Below, piece by piece: positions 8,701 to 17,628 of a stretch of 57,432 nt of DNA. The position numbers were made by a program, and so were the translations under genes. The stretch spans positions 1 to 57,432 of the IMG/VR virus record IMGVR_UViG_3300029787_000052; one strand, given 5' to 3'. The DNA comes from a virus. Its lineage: Duplodnaviria; Caudoviricetes. Every line of letters starts with the position of its first letter. Position 1 is the stretch's first letter. Under the pieces are notes generated by a model, which searched no databases, was not told the origin of the DNA, and worked only from the letters and a program-made list of their open reading frames with translations.

Positions 8701-10093
8701 TTATATTTACTCGTCAGTCTGTGCTGCTGTATGCGTCGTACTTTTTTCTGGCGCTGCGATATCTCAAAGCACAGAGGTCGTAGTCGGTTCAGAAACTACT
8801 GCCAATCAACTCCCCGGTATGAGTGAGTTTACTACGTCAGGTGGGACTAAGACGGGGGCTGGCACTGGCGCTCAACGAGGTTGCGAAGCTGGAAAGTTTT
8901 GCACAGCGGGTACTCAAGGACCGGGAGGAACTTACTCCACCACGTTTAATTTTGAAGACAACATGACCATCGATGATATCAATCGCGGGTTCACAATGGA
9001 CTACGGTGTAGACGTTGAGTCTCACCCCAGTAACTCTACTCTTTCGTCATGCGTAGGCGGAAACGTAATGCAGCGTTCAGATTGCAAGGACATCTTTAAT
9101 TTAACTCTGACGCTATCAGAGCAGAACTCTGTTGTTCACAAGTTTCAGCATGAGGTTGAGTTAGATTTTACAGGCGTTCGTTCTTTTGACTTCTCGCAGA
9201 TTATACCGTCAAACAATTTTACAGAGCTTACTGGGGGGTTCGAGTTGTTCGGCATTGACGCTGGCTTCTCGACCGGGTTTTTTGGACCTCGATTTGAGGC
9301 ACCCTTTCTTACAACTACGTTTGACCTTGTTACGTTGGTAGAGGCAGAAGTTATTGACTTGATTACCGAAGAGATTAGCGCCCCGATAGTCATCGCTGCT
9401 CCTGCTCCTGTGATCGCAGCACCTGCTCCTGAACCCGAGGTAGCGCCGCTTGCTCCTATCCAGATAGCTGAAGTACAAGAAATACCAACAATCGAATTAG
9501 CGCCGCCTGTTGTTGTAGCACCAGCGGCTCCCGAAGAAGTTTCAGTTTCAGAGTCGGTAGTTGCAGAAATAGAAGCAGAGGTTGAGGCACAACCGGAGCC
9601 GCAGCGAGAGCCGCAGCCAGAGCCGGAGCCGCAATCAGAGCCTGAACAAGCACAGCCTGACGAGTCAGAGCCTGAGGAGCAACCTGAGGAGCAGCCTGAA
9701 GAGCAACCGGAAGAGCAGCCTGAGGCAACAGAAGAGCGACCCGCAGATACTAGGGAAGCTAAGGAAGAGCAAGGCCCGGAAGAAAAAGCGGAGCCAAAAA
9801 AAGTCGTGGCACAAAAGGCAAAGGAGAAGGCCGGTAAAAAAATTATGGAGAAGATGAACGACAAGTCGCGCTACGATGCAACAAATCAGATTAGAACTCT
9901 GGCAGTTATGAATGTGATCTCAGCCAGCAGTGGTATATTCAAGCAGCAGTCAGCACTCAAAGATATACAGGGATTTTTCCAGCCTACAACTATCCCAGAC
10001 GGGTCTTTGCCTCAGAATAATTTTGCTGAGTACATGCTGTTCGGAGGCAGTGATGCAGGTCACAGTGCTTTGATAGGCACACAATACAGGTAG
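8672..10093 (+). CDS. Exported protein with Glu/Pro-rich extended linker
   Basis: Hydrophobic leader (CAAVCVVLFSGAAIS), Cys-containing beta-rich N-domain, EPQ/EEQP repeats; start could alternatively be GTG 8648. Confidence 0.8.
   Translation: MKTPIKTLSNYIYSSVCAAVCVVLFSGAAISQSTEVVVGSETTANQLPGMSEFTTSGGTKTGAGTGAQRGCEAGKFCTAGTQGPGGTYSTTFNFEDNMTIDDINRGFTMDYGVDVESHPSNSTLSSCVGGNVMQRSDCKDIFNLTLTLSEQNSVVHKFQHEVELDFTGVRSFDFSQIIPSNNFTELTGGFELFGIDAGFSTGFFGPRFEAPFLTTTFDLVTLVEAEVIDLITEEISAPIVIAAPAPVIAAPAPEPEVAPLAPIQIAEVQEIPTIELAPPVVVAPAAPEEVSVSESVVAEIEAEVEAQPEPQREPQPEPEPQSEPEQAQPDESEPEEQPEEQPEEQPEEQPEATEERPADTREAKEEQGPEEKAEPKKVVAQKAKEKAGKKIMEKMNDKSRYDATNQIRTLAVMNVISASSGIFKQQSALKDIQGFFQPTTIPDGSLPQNNFAEYMLFGGSDAGHSALIGTQYR
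9590..9725 (+). repeat. Coding tandem repeats (EPQx and EEQP x4, 12-bp units)
   Basis: gagccgcag... and cctgaggagca(a/g)-type units. Confidence 0.8.
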
Positions 10094-10098
10094 CAGAT

Positions 10099-10503
10099 AT
10101 GTATGAATACAAATGCAAAGTAGTCAGGGTAGTTGATGGAGACACGGTAGATGTAGACATCGACTTAGGGTTTGATGTTTGGCTGTCCAAGCAGCGAGTT
10201 CGTCTGTATGGAGTGGACACTCCTGAAAGCAGAACCCGTGACAAGGAAGAGAAGAAGTACGGCCTTCGAGCTAAAGCTTTTGTAGAGCATCACCTTCCGC
10301 TTGAAAGCTCTCAGATTTTGAGGACCAAGGTTGACAAGTCACGAGGAAAGTTTGGTCGCATCTTGGGCGAGTTTGTGGTGGATAACACCACTGTAAATAG
10401 CTTGCTTATCAAGACGCACAATGCTGTTGCGTACCACGGTCAAAGCAAGGAAGAGATCAAAGAAGCCCACAGAAATAATTGGTTGTTAATGGAAAGCGAG
10501 TGA
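10099..10503 (+). CDS. Thermonuclease (SNase-family) nuclease
   Basis: VVDGDTVD, RVRLYGVDTPE and KFGRILG motifs. Confidence 0.92.
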   Translation: MYEYKCKVVRVVDGDTVDVDIDLGFDVWLSKQRVRLYGVDTPESRTRDKEEKKYGLRAKAFVEHHLPLESSQILRTKVDKSRGKFGRILGEFVVDNTTVNSLLIKTHNAVAYHGQSKEEIKEAHRNNWLLMESE

Positions 10504-10504
10504 G

Positions 10505-11065
10505 ATGGCAGAGGTCGAGGTAGGCGGAGTTAAGTTTAGAGGCGGAAAGATAGCTGTCATTCTTACTGCTTTGTCTAGCTTGGGCGGCGCGATGTGGGGA
10601 GGGTTCGAGTTTTATAAAGATTACATGGACATGCGAGAGAAGATAGAAAGCTATGCTGCTCCTGACTTGTCAGGATTTGATAAGCGACTTGCAATCCTAA
10701 CTACAGATATGTCTGCTCTTCGTAAGGAGATGGTTGTTTTTGAAAAGCTAGAGCAGAATATCCAAGACTCTGCTGACGCAGCAAGAGACGAAGCAAGGAC
10801 AATCAAGCGCGATCTCAAGGGTGAGATCATTCGCATTGAAAGAATTGCAGAGAATATGGACCGCCGCATCAAAGCAATTCAGGACGACACTCGTAAGGTT
10901 CTTGAAAAAGAACAAGATCGTTTTGATGCTAGACGAGAAGCAGTCAGAAGAAATATGGACGCCCTCGAAAAAGATACAAAGGCGTCCATAAAAGATTTAG
11001 AAACATCGGTAGCAGATAGAATTAAGAAGGCTCTTGAGAACCCTCTTTCTCAGATGCGTCAGTAG
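10505..11065 (+). CDS. Membrane-anchored coiled-coil protein
   Basis: N-terminal hydrophobic segment (IAVILTALSSLGGAMWGGF) then heptad-rich helix ending KALENPL. Confidence 0.8.
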   Translation: MAEVEVGGVKFRGGKIAVILTALSSLGGAMWGGFEFYKDYMDMREKIESYAAPDLSGFDKRLAILTTDMSALRKEMVVFEKLEQNIQDSADAARDEARTIKRDLKGEIIRIERIAENMDRRIKAIQDDTRKVLEKEQDRFDARREAVRRNMDALEKDTKASIKDLETSVADRIKKALENPLSQMRQ

Positions 11066-11330
11066 CCTTCAAAGCAGAGGACATTTCATCACAAAGAAAC
11101 TCGTTGAATGTCCGACCGTCAGGCAAGTCTTTGCCATCAATGATGGTAGACTTACGCAACCACTGGCAGCAGTCACGAATGCCTTGCTCGTAACTACGAT
11201 TGGTTAAGATGTATTCGAGACCTTCTCTGATCAAAGACCCGATGCTCCTTTCCTCTTGCTTCGATCTTCGCCGCAATCGTTCAAGTTGATCAGCCTCAAC
11301 CACAAAATTAAATGTTGTTTTTTCACTCAT
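11022..11330 (-). CDS. Ribbon-helix-helix (Arc/CopG-like) DNA-binding protein
   Basis: KTTFNFVVEADQLERLRRRSKQEERSIGSLIREGL fits the strand-helix-helix pattern. Confidence 0.7.
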   Translation of the reverse strand: MSEKTTFNFVVEADQLERLRRRSKQEERSIGSLIREGLEYILTNRSYEQGIRDCCQWLRKSTIIDGKDLPDGRTFNEFLCDEMSSALKATDASEKEGSQEPS

Positions 11331-11341
11331 AACACCGCCTT

Positions 11342-11686
11342 TTAAAATGGAATGTCGTCGTCAAGATCGATGTCATTATCAACTGCTGGCTGCGGGCGCT
11401 GCGGTCCTTTATCCATCCATGACTCGTCATACTGTTGAACGGACAACCGAATGTTAGGACCGTACTGTCCTTCTTTCGCACGGTTAACTACGCCGTTGTC
11501 CCATCCCTGCACAGACAGCAGCGGTTCCTTGCCTTCTTTCGCACACTCAATAAGAAATTTTACGAGGTCTTTGGAGATGTGCAGGTTCCCTCGGAAGTCA
11601 GCTTGCGAGTCCTTCGTTTTGTTTTTTGCTGGACGAAGGTTGCAATTATTTTCCTTGGGTTTGTTCTCAAGTTTCCACGGTGCCAT
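11342..11686 (-). CDS. Putative single-stranded DNA-binding protein
   Basis: DFRG motif and acidic C-terminal DDDIPF tail; directly downstream of ERF. Confidence 0.6.
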   Translation of the reverse strand: MAPWKLENKPKENNCNLRPAKNKTKDSQADFRGNLHISKDLVKFLIECAKEGKEPLLSVQGWDNGVVNRAKEGQYGPNIRLSVQQYDESWMDKGPQRPQPAVDNDIDLDDDIPF

Positions 11687-11689
11687 TAG

Positions 11690-12400
11690 TTATATCTCCT
11701 CTAGGTTTGCAATGCGGGATTTAAGCCAGCCTTGAGTCAGCTTGACTTGGTTGGTTATAAACTCAAAGGCTTCGACGCTGGCCTTGTCGGTTCGCTGCTG
11801 TAGCTGTTGTCTTTGCTCAGAGTTATCCTTCCAAAATTTTACAAGGTTGCGCTTAGAGTCACGAGCGTCGTCAATGCCCATGTCATTCACAGCTTCTTCT
11901 GTCGCCGCTCCGATCTTGTCGAAGTGAACACAGTAGAGTTCCTTGATGCTCTCAGGATCAAGAAGATCAATGTCTTCTGCCGCTGACTTGTCAGGCGCTG
12001 GCTTGGCTACTCTCTTTTGAGGCAACTCTTTTTGCGGGGTAGCGCGTTGTCCGTCATCATCTTCTTCGCCACAAATCCCAAGCAAACTACACAATCCATA
12101 ACGACGTGCGTAAGTAATTGCTGATCCCATCTTCTGTGGGTTGTTATTATTCTCACACAATAGGGGAACGCCACCGTCTTCTAGAAATTCTCCTGACGAA
12201 TGAACGATGCGAGTAACCAACCTATCTGGATCAATCAACGTGATCTGCACCACACAAAGGTTATATTGTGCCAGTGTGGAACGAGCAGTCTCTAGACATG
12301 CTGGCAATGTGGCATACTTGCCGTAGTTAGCTCTACCATTTAAAGGTGGGTTGCTGATTTCAGACAACGCTGCCACTAGGTCTTCGTGAAATTTAGCCAT
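11690..12400 (-). CDS. erf: ERF-family single-strand annealing protein
   Basis: KYATL and PQKMGSAITYARRYGLCSLLGI..EEDDDG, the ERF signature. Confidence 0.9.
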   Translation of the reverse strand: MAKFHEDLVAALSEISNPPLNGRANYGKYATLPACLETARSTLAQYNLCVVQITLIDPDRLVTRIVHSSGEFLEDGGVPLLCENNNNPQKMGSAITYARRYGLCSLLGICGEEDDDGQRATPQKELPQKRVAKPAPDKSAAEDIDLLDPESIKELYCVHFDKIGAATEEAVNDMGIDDARDSKRNLVKFWKDNSEQRQQLQQRTDKASVEAFEFITNQVKLTQGWLKSRIANLEEI

Positions 12401-12403
12401 TCT

Positions 12404-12667
12404 TTAATTCCCCAACAGCCATTCCAAGAAAGTCTTCTTGCGCTTCAACTTTTTCTGTTCTTCCTGCTTATCAGCGACAGGCTTTACCTTCCGCCTTCCC
12501 CTGAGAATTTGTTTATATTTCTGATACCCCATGCTGTTGATAATGATTCGCCGCACCGCGCTGTACTGAATGTTGACGCTAGGGTTCGCCACAATATCAT
12601 TGATGCTTGCGCCTTCTTCAAACTCGTCAATGATAAATTGATTTCTATCTTTTCTATTCATTGTCAT
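12404..12667 (-). CDS. Small basic protein, possible HTH
   Basis: AGGAGG RBS before ATG 12667; RNQFII..F..G.SI..I pattern. Confidence 0.6.
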   Translation of the reverse strand: MTMNRKDRNQFIIDEFEEGASINDIVANPSVNIQYSAVRRIIINSMGYQKYKQILRGRRKVKPVADKQEEQKKLKRKKTFLEWLLGN

Positions 12668-13538
12668 TCCTGACCTCCTGTTGATATTGGTCGCAAAATT
12701 GCGCGACCTGACAGTAATTCCCAACGCACCGCATTGGCTCTCCTTTCCTTTCGACTATTTGGTACTCCTCTCTTGCTTTCATCTTGTCGTGAAACGATGC
12801 TGCTTCTTCTGGTGAGTCAAAGTTCTTCACTGACCTGACACCCCCAATCTTTTGAACAGCCCAGATCGAATCCCTTTTCCATCGATCTTCGTCACTGCAC
12901 AGTGGCAGAGACCCATCAATGTCGTATTCAAACCATGCATCTTGATGGGCGCTGACCCGCCGTAAGATAAACTTGTGCTGCTCCTCTCGTGACCACATTG
13001 GTATTTCGACCACATGGACCTGCGCTTGAGGGTAGCTGTTGCTGTTCATTGCTTTGCTTTTTTGCCAGTCACGAAGAATCGTAATCACCTGTAGCCTATC
13101 AATGTCGATGTCCAGATCATGGTGAGCGAGGTAGGCGTAACAATTTAATTGCTGCTCCCAACCCGACTGATTCTTTCCTATTGCGTAGGCGCTGGTGAAC
13201 TTCCAGTCCATCAGGAACTTCTGGTCGCCTTCCGTTCTAATGGCGTCACATTGCCCTGAGATTTTCCATCCGTTGATCTCTGCGAACATCCGCTTTTCAA
13301 TGATGTCATTATCGTCGGCACCTTCTTCCAGCACGGTGTGGATACATTTTCCAAGCAGCTTCCATACATCGTCGGAGATATCTGCGACGATGTCGTCCTC
13401 ATGTTTCTTCTGAAGCAACGAAATTCTTGGCGACGAAAGAAGGCGTGTTATAGTTATGCGGCTGTCCCCGGAATCATACTTGTCACGAGCCAAAAGGTTC
13501 TCGAACTGGTGTGGTAATCCGTATTTGTTTGTGACCAT
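12654..13538 (-). CDS. PD-(D/E)xK Cas4/AddB-like exonuclease
   Basis: G..IH, E.R, ISGQCD, LMDWK, QLNCY motifs and C-terminal C...YCQVAQFC cluster; adjacent to ERF. Confidence 0.85.
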   Translation of the reverse strand: MVTNKYGLPHQFENLLARDKYDSGDSRITITRLLSSPRISLLQKKHEDDIVADISDDVWKLLGKCIHTVLEEGADDNDIIEKRMFAEINGWKISGQCDAIRTEGDQKFLMDWKFTSAYAIGKNQSGWEQQLNCYAYLAHHDLDIDIDRLQVITILRDWQKSKAMNSNSYPQAQVHVVEIPMWSREEQHKFILRRVSAHQDAWFEYDIDGSLPLCSDEDRWKRDSIWAVQKIGGVRSVKNFDSPEEAASFHDKMKAREEYQIVERKGEPMRCVGNYCQVAQFCDQYQQEVRNDNE

Positions 13539-13562
13539 TAGATATCACGCTATGGGTTGTTG

Positions 13563-13600
13563 TTGCCATGAGTTATATAAGCCTGTATATAAATAGTCAA
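13563..13600. promoter_or_regulatory. Overlapping divergent sigma70-like promoters
   Basis: Minus strand TTGACT-N17-TATAAC (13600-13572); plus strand TTGCCA-N17-TATATA (13563-13591), which would make rusA nearly leaderless. Confidence 0.6.
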
Positions 13601-13977
13601 TGACCGAGATCAAGTTTGAAATCAAGGGACAGCCCCACAGCAAAGCCAACAGCAGAAGGCTGGTCTATTTTGGCAAGCGCCCTGCCTTCATTAAATCTCC
13701 ACAGGCCATAGAATACGAAAAGCTTTTTGCTGCTCAATGCCCTGTGCTTGACCCGATTATTCCATACAACAAAAAAGACAAGCAGAACGTGGCTGTTCAC
13801 ATGACAATCTATTATGCCAGTCGTCGCCCTGACCTTGATGAGTCGCTGATACTTGATTGTATGCAAGGGCGCATCTACGAGAATGACAGGTGTGTGAAGG
13901 AGAAGCACATCCGTTGGGGTCTCGACAAGGACAACCCCCGCTCTGAGATTAGAGTAATAAAAATACCGCCTCCGTGA
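13600..13977 (+). CDS. rusA: RusA-like Holliday junction resolvase
   Basis: G.P.SKANSR, RRPDLD...LD..QG..Y.NDR.V and D..NPR.EI motifs. Confidence 0.85.
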   Translation: MTEIKFEIKGQPHSKANSRRLVYFGKRPAFIKSPQAIEYEKLFAAQCPVLDPIIPYNKKDKQNVAVHMTIYYASRRPDLDESLILDCMQGRIYENDRCVKEKHIRWGLDKDNPRSEIRVIKIPPP

Positions 13978-13987
13978 GGAGGCGGTA
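13959..13987. terminator. Strong hairpin after rusA (terminator geometry on minus strand)
   Basis: TACCGCCTCC-GTGA-GGAGGCGGTA with an A-run on its left side. Confidence 0.55.
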
Positions 13988-14043
13988 GTTATCAGGGAGG
14001 TCACGTTCAAATTGGGAATCAGAACAAGACGTAAGGAATTATA

Positions 14044-15828
14044 ATGCAGATGAGTGATCAAGACAATTACATTCAAGACCAAATTGAAGTAAGGGCAAAC
14101 AGCGCAAGGTCGGGCTACTCGACCACCGCAAGGATCAGATGTCCGGTCTGTTCGGACTCAAGAAAGAAGGACGGCGAAAGGTCGATGGCCGTCACTTTTT
14201 TTAATGACCGTCTTGTCTATAAGTGCCATCACTGCGACGAGAAAGGCGTCATTGCTTATGACCGCAAGGAGGTAAAGCCTCGGCGCTCTTATCCTAAAGT
14301 CCAACGAGTGGACAGCCCCCCGCCTTCAGCCATCGACTGGCTTGTCAAAGAGAGAAAGATCAGCCCTCAGGTCGTCAAGGATTACGGAGTTGCCGCTTCA
14401 CGAAAATACTTTCAGAAACTACAGGCTGAAGCAGACTGCGTTGGCTTTCCGTTTTACAACAACGGGGAGGTATACGCAGTTAAGTACCGTACATCGGGTG
14501 GAGAGAAGGCGCATACCCAAGAGGGTGCTGGTGGTGCCCAAAGCTTCTTTGGCATTGAGCGGGTAGCAGCAGACGCCGACACGTTAGTGATATGCGAAGG
14601 TGAGATTGACCAGTTAAGCCTAGCGAGTGCCGGTGTCCTGAATGCTATCAGCGTCCCGAATGGTGCCCCGATGAAGGCATCGGAGGGCGAGGTTGATCCT
14701 GACAATGATCGTAAGTACGGCTTTGTCTGGGCGGCAAAGGACTTGCTGAAACAGGTTGATAAGGTTGTTCTGGCCGTTGACATCGATGGTCCGGGCCAAG
14801 CCCTCGCAGAGGAACTTGCTAGACGGATTGGCAAGATCAAGTGCTGGCAGGTTGAGTGGCCTGAGGAATGCAAAGACCCCAATGACGTACTGGTTAAGCA
14901 CGGCAGCGAGAAGTTAGCTGAAGTCATCGGTGACTCGAAGCCGTGGCCTATCACTGGTCTATTCGATGTCGATCATTACGCTGATCAGGTTGACCAGATA
15001 TATGAGCGCGGCCATCAGCGCGGATTGTCTACAGGTCTGGACTGCATAGATGAGCTATTCACAATCAGCCCCGGTCAGCTTTCGATTGTCACCGGGCACC
15101 CATCATCAGGTAAGTCTGAGTTTATAGATCAGATCATGGTGAATATGGCCGAGGCATACGGGTGGTCGTTTGCTGTATGCTCATTCGAGAACGATCCCCC
15201 AACCCACATCATCAAGCTTATGGAAAAGCATTCGGGCGTTCCCTTCCATGACGGTCCTAGCATGAGGATGACGCGGGAAGAACTTGCCGAAGCGAAGGAC
15301 TGGTGCGGTCGGCATTTCTTTTTTGTTGAGCAGAACGACGGAGAACCAGCGACTATCGAGTCGATATTAGAGAGGGCACAAGCCGCCATTCTGCGATATG
15401 GGGTGAGGGGTTTGATCATCGATCCCTACAACTATGTTGATATTGACAAGTCAAAGGTGAGCGAGACCGAAGCTATCAGTCAAATGCTGACACGGTGTCG
15501 TCTATTCGCACGGGCACATGACGTTCACGTCTGGTTCGTCGCGCACCCAGCAAAGATGATGCGAGATGGCGGAGAGTTTCCTGCGCCAAAGGGCTACGAC
15601 ATTTCAGGGTCAGCCGCGTGGTTTGCTAAGGCTGATCTTGGCGTGACGGTTCACAGAAAACCAGACACAAATTTGTCAGAAATCCACTGCTGGAAGGTGC
15701 GCTTCAAGTGGATCGGACAGCAAGGAGTAAGAGATGTCGAATACTTTAAATCAACAGGACAGTACAAAGAACCCTTCCAATACACAGGAGCCGTTCAATC
15801 CCCAGTCTACATTCAAGGCAGAGATTAG
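14044..15828 (+). CDS. Twinkle/T7 gp4-like primase-helicase
   Basis: Zn finger CPVC..CHHC, TOPRIM CEGEID and DID, KDPND, Walker A GHPSSGKS, IIDPYN, VAHP, GYDISGSA.W. Confidence 0.93.
   Translation: MQMSDQDNYIQDQIEVRANSARSGYSTTARIRCPVCSDSRKKDGERSMAVTFFNDRLVYKCHHCDEKGVIAYDRKEVKPRRSYPKVQRVDSPPPSAIDWLVKERKISPQVVKDYGVAASRKYFQKLQAEADCVGFPFYNNGEVYAVKYRTSGGEKAHTQEGAGGAQSFFGIERVAADADTLVICEGEIDQLSLASAGVLNAISVPNGAPMKASEGEVDPDNDRKYGFVWAAKDLLKQVDKVVLAVDIDGPGQALAEELARRIGKIKCWQVEWPEECKDPNDVLVKHGSEKLAEVIGDSKPWPITGLFDVDHYADQVDQIYERGHQRGLSTGLDCIDELFTISPGQLSIVTGHPSSGKSEFIDQIMVNMAEAYGWSFAVCSFENDPPTHIIKLMEKHSGVPFHDGPSMRMTREELAEAKDWCGRHFFFVEQNDGEPATIESILERAQAAILRYGVRGLIIDPYNYVDIDKSKVSETEAISQMLTRCRLFARAHDVHVWFVAHPAKMMRDGGEFPAPKGYDISGSAAWFAKADLGVTVHRKPDTNLSEIHCWKVRFKWIGQQGVRDVEYFKSTGQYKEPFQYTGAVQSPVYIQGRD
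14921..14936. promoter_or_regulatory. 16-bp palindromic element AAGTCATCGGTGACTC (intragenic)
   Basis: Exact match to RAGTYAYNNRTRACTY inside the primase-helicase gene. Confidence 0.5.
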
Positions 15829-16582
15829 AGCGCACTCTGTTGTAGATTTCTTTGTGCTTGAAACAAACCTGCCACCCGATTTCGTCGCCCTTCTTAACGA
15901 AGAGATTGACAAGTTACTGGCAGAAGAGAACGTCAAGGAAAAGGATTACTCTGGAAACCTTGTTGGGCAGATCAAGAACGGGGCACAGCTTCTTCTTGAG
16001 AAAGACAGATGCGAGGCGTTCCACGGTGTGTATGGCGTAGCGGAAAGCTTGGCCAAGGAATACGCCAAGAGGTTCATGATGATCGGTTCTGGAGATGCAA
16101 TACAGCAGGGTGCTGTCGATTATGTTCACGCAGATTGTTATGAGGCGTGGTCAGTTCATAGTTTCAGGGGGGATTATAATCCTATCCACGATCACGGTAA
16201 CCGTCTCGACGGTGCCATGAGTTTTGTGATCTACACGCAGGTGCCGCCTGACATGAGAAACAAGGAAGCATCAAATATGAAGAACGCTTCTGGGTGGATG
16301 GACGGGTGCATCAGCTTTGTTAACGGGCCTACCAGCCAGAAAGCTGCGGCATCGTTTCGCTGGCCGAAAGTTCTGAATATAATTCCAGAGGTGGGGAAAA
16401 TGGTGATCTTCCCACACTGGTTGAACCACATGGTCTACCCGTTCGATTGTGAGGGTGAGCGGCGTTCAATCAGTGGCAACATCACGATGATGACTGAAGA
16501 GCAGCATCAGATATTGACGAGTCAGATTATGAGTACTGAGGAAGAGGTGGTCTCCGCTCCCTCACAACAGGGAGCGGAGTAA
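15734..16582 (+). CDS. 2OG-Fe(II) oxygenase (TIGR02466-like)
   Basis: GDYNPIHDH, P.VG.MVIFP.WL.H.VYPF and ERRSISGN motifs; start uncertain because of a 95-nt overlap with the helicase. Confidence 0.85.
   Translation: MSNTLNQQDSTKNPSNTQEPFNPQSTFKAEIRAHSVVDFFVLETNLPPDFVALLNEEIDKLLAEENVKEKDYSGNLVGQIKNGAQLLLEKDRCEAFHGVYGVAESLAKEYAKRFMMIGSGDAIQQGAVDYVHADCYEAWSVHSFRGDYNPIHDHGNRLDGAMSFVIYTQVPPDMRNKEASNMKNASGWMDGCISFVNGPTSQKAAASFRWPKVLNIIPEVGKMVIFPHWLNHMVYPFDCEGERRSISGNITMMTEEQHQILTSQIMSTEEEVVSAPSQQGAE
16552..16579. terminator. 11-bp hairpin at convergence of rightward and leftward operons
   Basis: CTCCGCTCCCT-cacaac-AGGGAGCGGAG; no clear U-tract. Confidence 0.5.
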
Positions 16583-16602
16583 GTAGCCGTCGAGGTTGTG
16601 GG

Positions 16603-16869
16603 CTAGAGATGATTACGGATCAGGTATCTGATCTGGGCAGACGTGGTCCGCTCGTTATCATCACAGGCTTTCTTTAACTTAGAAAGACAGGTCTGGTCTA
16701 GAACGATGTGAAGTCGCGTGTTCTCACCATTCTCTGCCTGAATTGTTGAAGGCGTTGAAGGCGTTGAAGGCGTTGAGACGACGACGGAGGGCGTGTTCGA
16801 CTGATCCCCAATAGGTGCTGGCCCAGTCTTCACCTCGCTCGTCAGATTGTTCTCTTGTTCTTGTTGCAT
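16603..16869 (-). CDS. RHH-like DNA-binding protein with disordered N-terminal extension
   Basis: TRLHIVLDQTCLSKLKKACDDNERTTSAQIRYLI; GAGGAG RBS before ATG 16869. Confidence 0.6.
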   Translation of the reverse strand: MQQEQENNLTSEVKTGPAPIGDQSNTPSVVVSTPSTPSTPSTIQAENGENTRLHIVLDQTCLSKLKKACDDNERTTSAQIRYLIRNHL

Positions 16870-16927
16870 TGTGTAATCTCCTCAACACATTGATCGCCTG
16901 TTCAGACGAATTGGTTACGTTGTTCAT
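16724..16927 (-). CDS. Small hypothetical protein (DWASTYW motif)
   Basis: AAGGAG RBS before ATG 16927; 67 aa; overlaps the RHH ORF in another frame. Confidence 0.55.
   Translation of the reverse strand: MNNVTNSSEQAINVLRRLHNATRTREQSDERGEDWASTYWGSVEHALRRRLNAFNAFNAFNNSGREW
16745..16776. repeat. 9-bp tandem repeat GTTGAAGGC (3 full copies plus a partial one)
   Basis: gttgaaggcgttgaaggcgttgaaggcgttga; reads STP or NAF in the two overlapping frames. Confidence 0.85.
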
Positions 16928-16964
16928 AGATACTCCTTCTATCACACTGCGTGGGCCGGAGCAA

Positions 16965-17318
16965 TCACGCCCCCTCATCTGGTGTGTCCTTTTCTGGATA
17001 ATCTTTTGGCACCAGCTTAACGATGTCAGCCGATGGTAGCTTCTGACTGATCTCGTGAAACTCTGGAGATTGAAGCACGTCATCATAGGTCGCGGTCTCC
17101 AAATTTATTTGTATGCAATCACCATTTACGGTCACGCTCTCCACCTCGCTCGTTAGGCACACGCTGCCGCGCATACCTAGAAACACAAGCAACTGTTGAT
17201 GCTTGGCCTCCAAAAGCACAGCCATGTCAGCAAGGCTAAGTTGAGCAGCCAAGGTGCCCAAAGAATCCGCGTGGATTTCTTTTGGTTGTTTGAGAAAGTC
17301 ACTCGTCTGTATAAACAT
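16965..17318 (-). CDS. Hypothetical protein
   Basis: ORF co-directional with the early operon; start chosen at MFIQ (track start 17366). Confidence 0.6.
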   Translation of the reverse strand: MFIQTSDFLKQPKEIHADSLGTLAAQLSLADMAVLLEAKHQQLLVFLGMRGSVCLTSEVESVTVNGDCIQINLETATYDDVLQSPEFHEISQKLPSADIVKLVPKDYPEKDTPDEGA

Positions 17319-17628
17319 CTGGCACATCCTCCCATGCAATGTTTCCTTTACCCCAGCATCTCTCACACTCTATGTCTACGGGGTCGTAGCCTTGCCAAGG
17401 ACCGTTGGCGTTAACTCCTCCGACAGTCACCTCTCCCTCGACTTCTCCTGTTCCTTCGCAATCCAGACAGTCAAAATCAAAGTCGGGAATGATTTCATCC
17501 CAGTCGTTTCGCCAAGAGTAAATCACTGGAACTCGTACCGACGAGTCAATGCAAAGCTTGACTAAAGCCTTGACCGTTTGCGAATTGTCGGTGGCTTGTA
17601 TAGCTTCTTTTATGCTGCCGTCATTCAT
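17299..17628 (-). CDS. Small protein with DnaJ-type Zn-finger repeats
   Basis: CLDCEGTG and CERCWGKG (CxxCxGxG x2). Confidence 0.75.
   Translation of the reverse strand: MNDGSIKEAIQATDNSQTVKALVKLCIDSSVRVPVIYSWRNDWDEIIPDFDFDCLDCEGTGEVEGEVTVGGVNANGPWQGYDPVDIECERCWGKGNIAWEDVPDVYTDE

Noticed and set aside
9145-9864. 239-aa antisense ORF with SGCS repeats
   Set aside because: Shadow of the EEQP repeat gene on the plus strand.
12654-13538. Cas4-like nuclease as evidence of a CRISPR system
   Set aside because: No repeat-spacer array or other cas genes; the context is ERF/SSB recombination.
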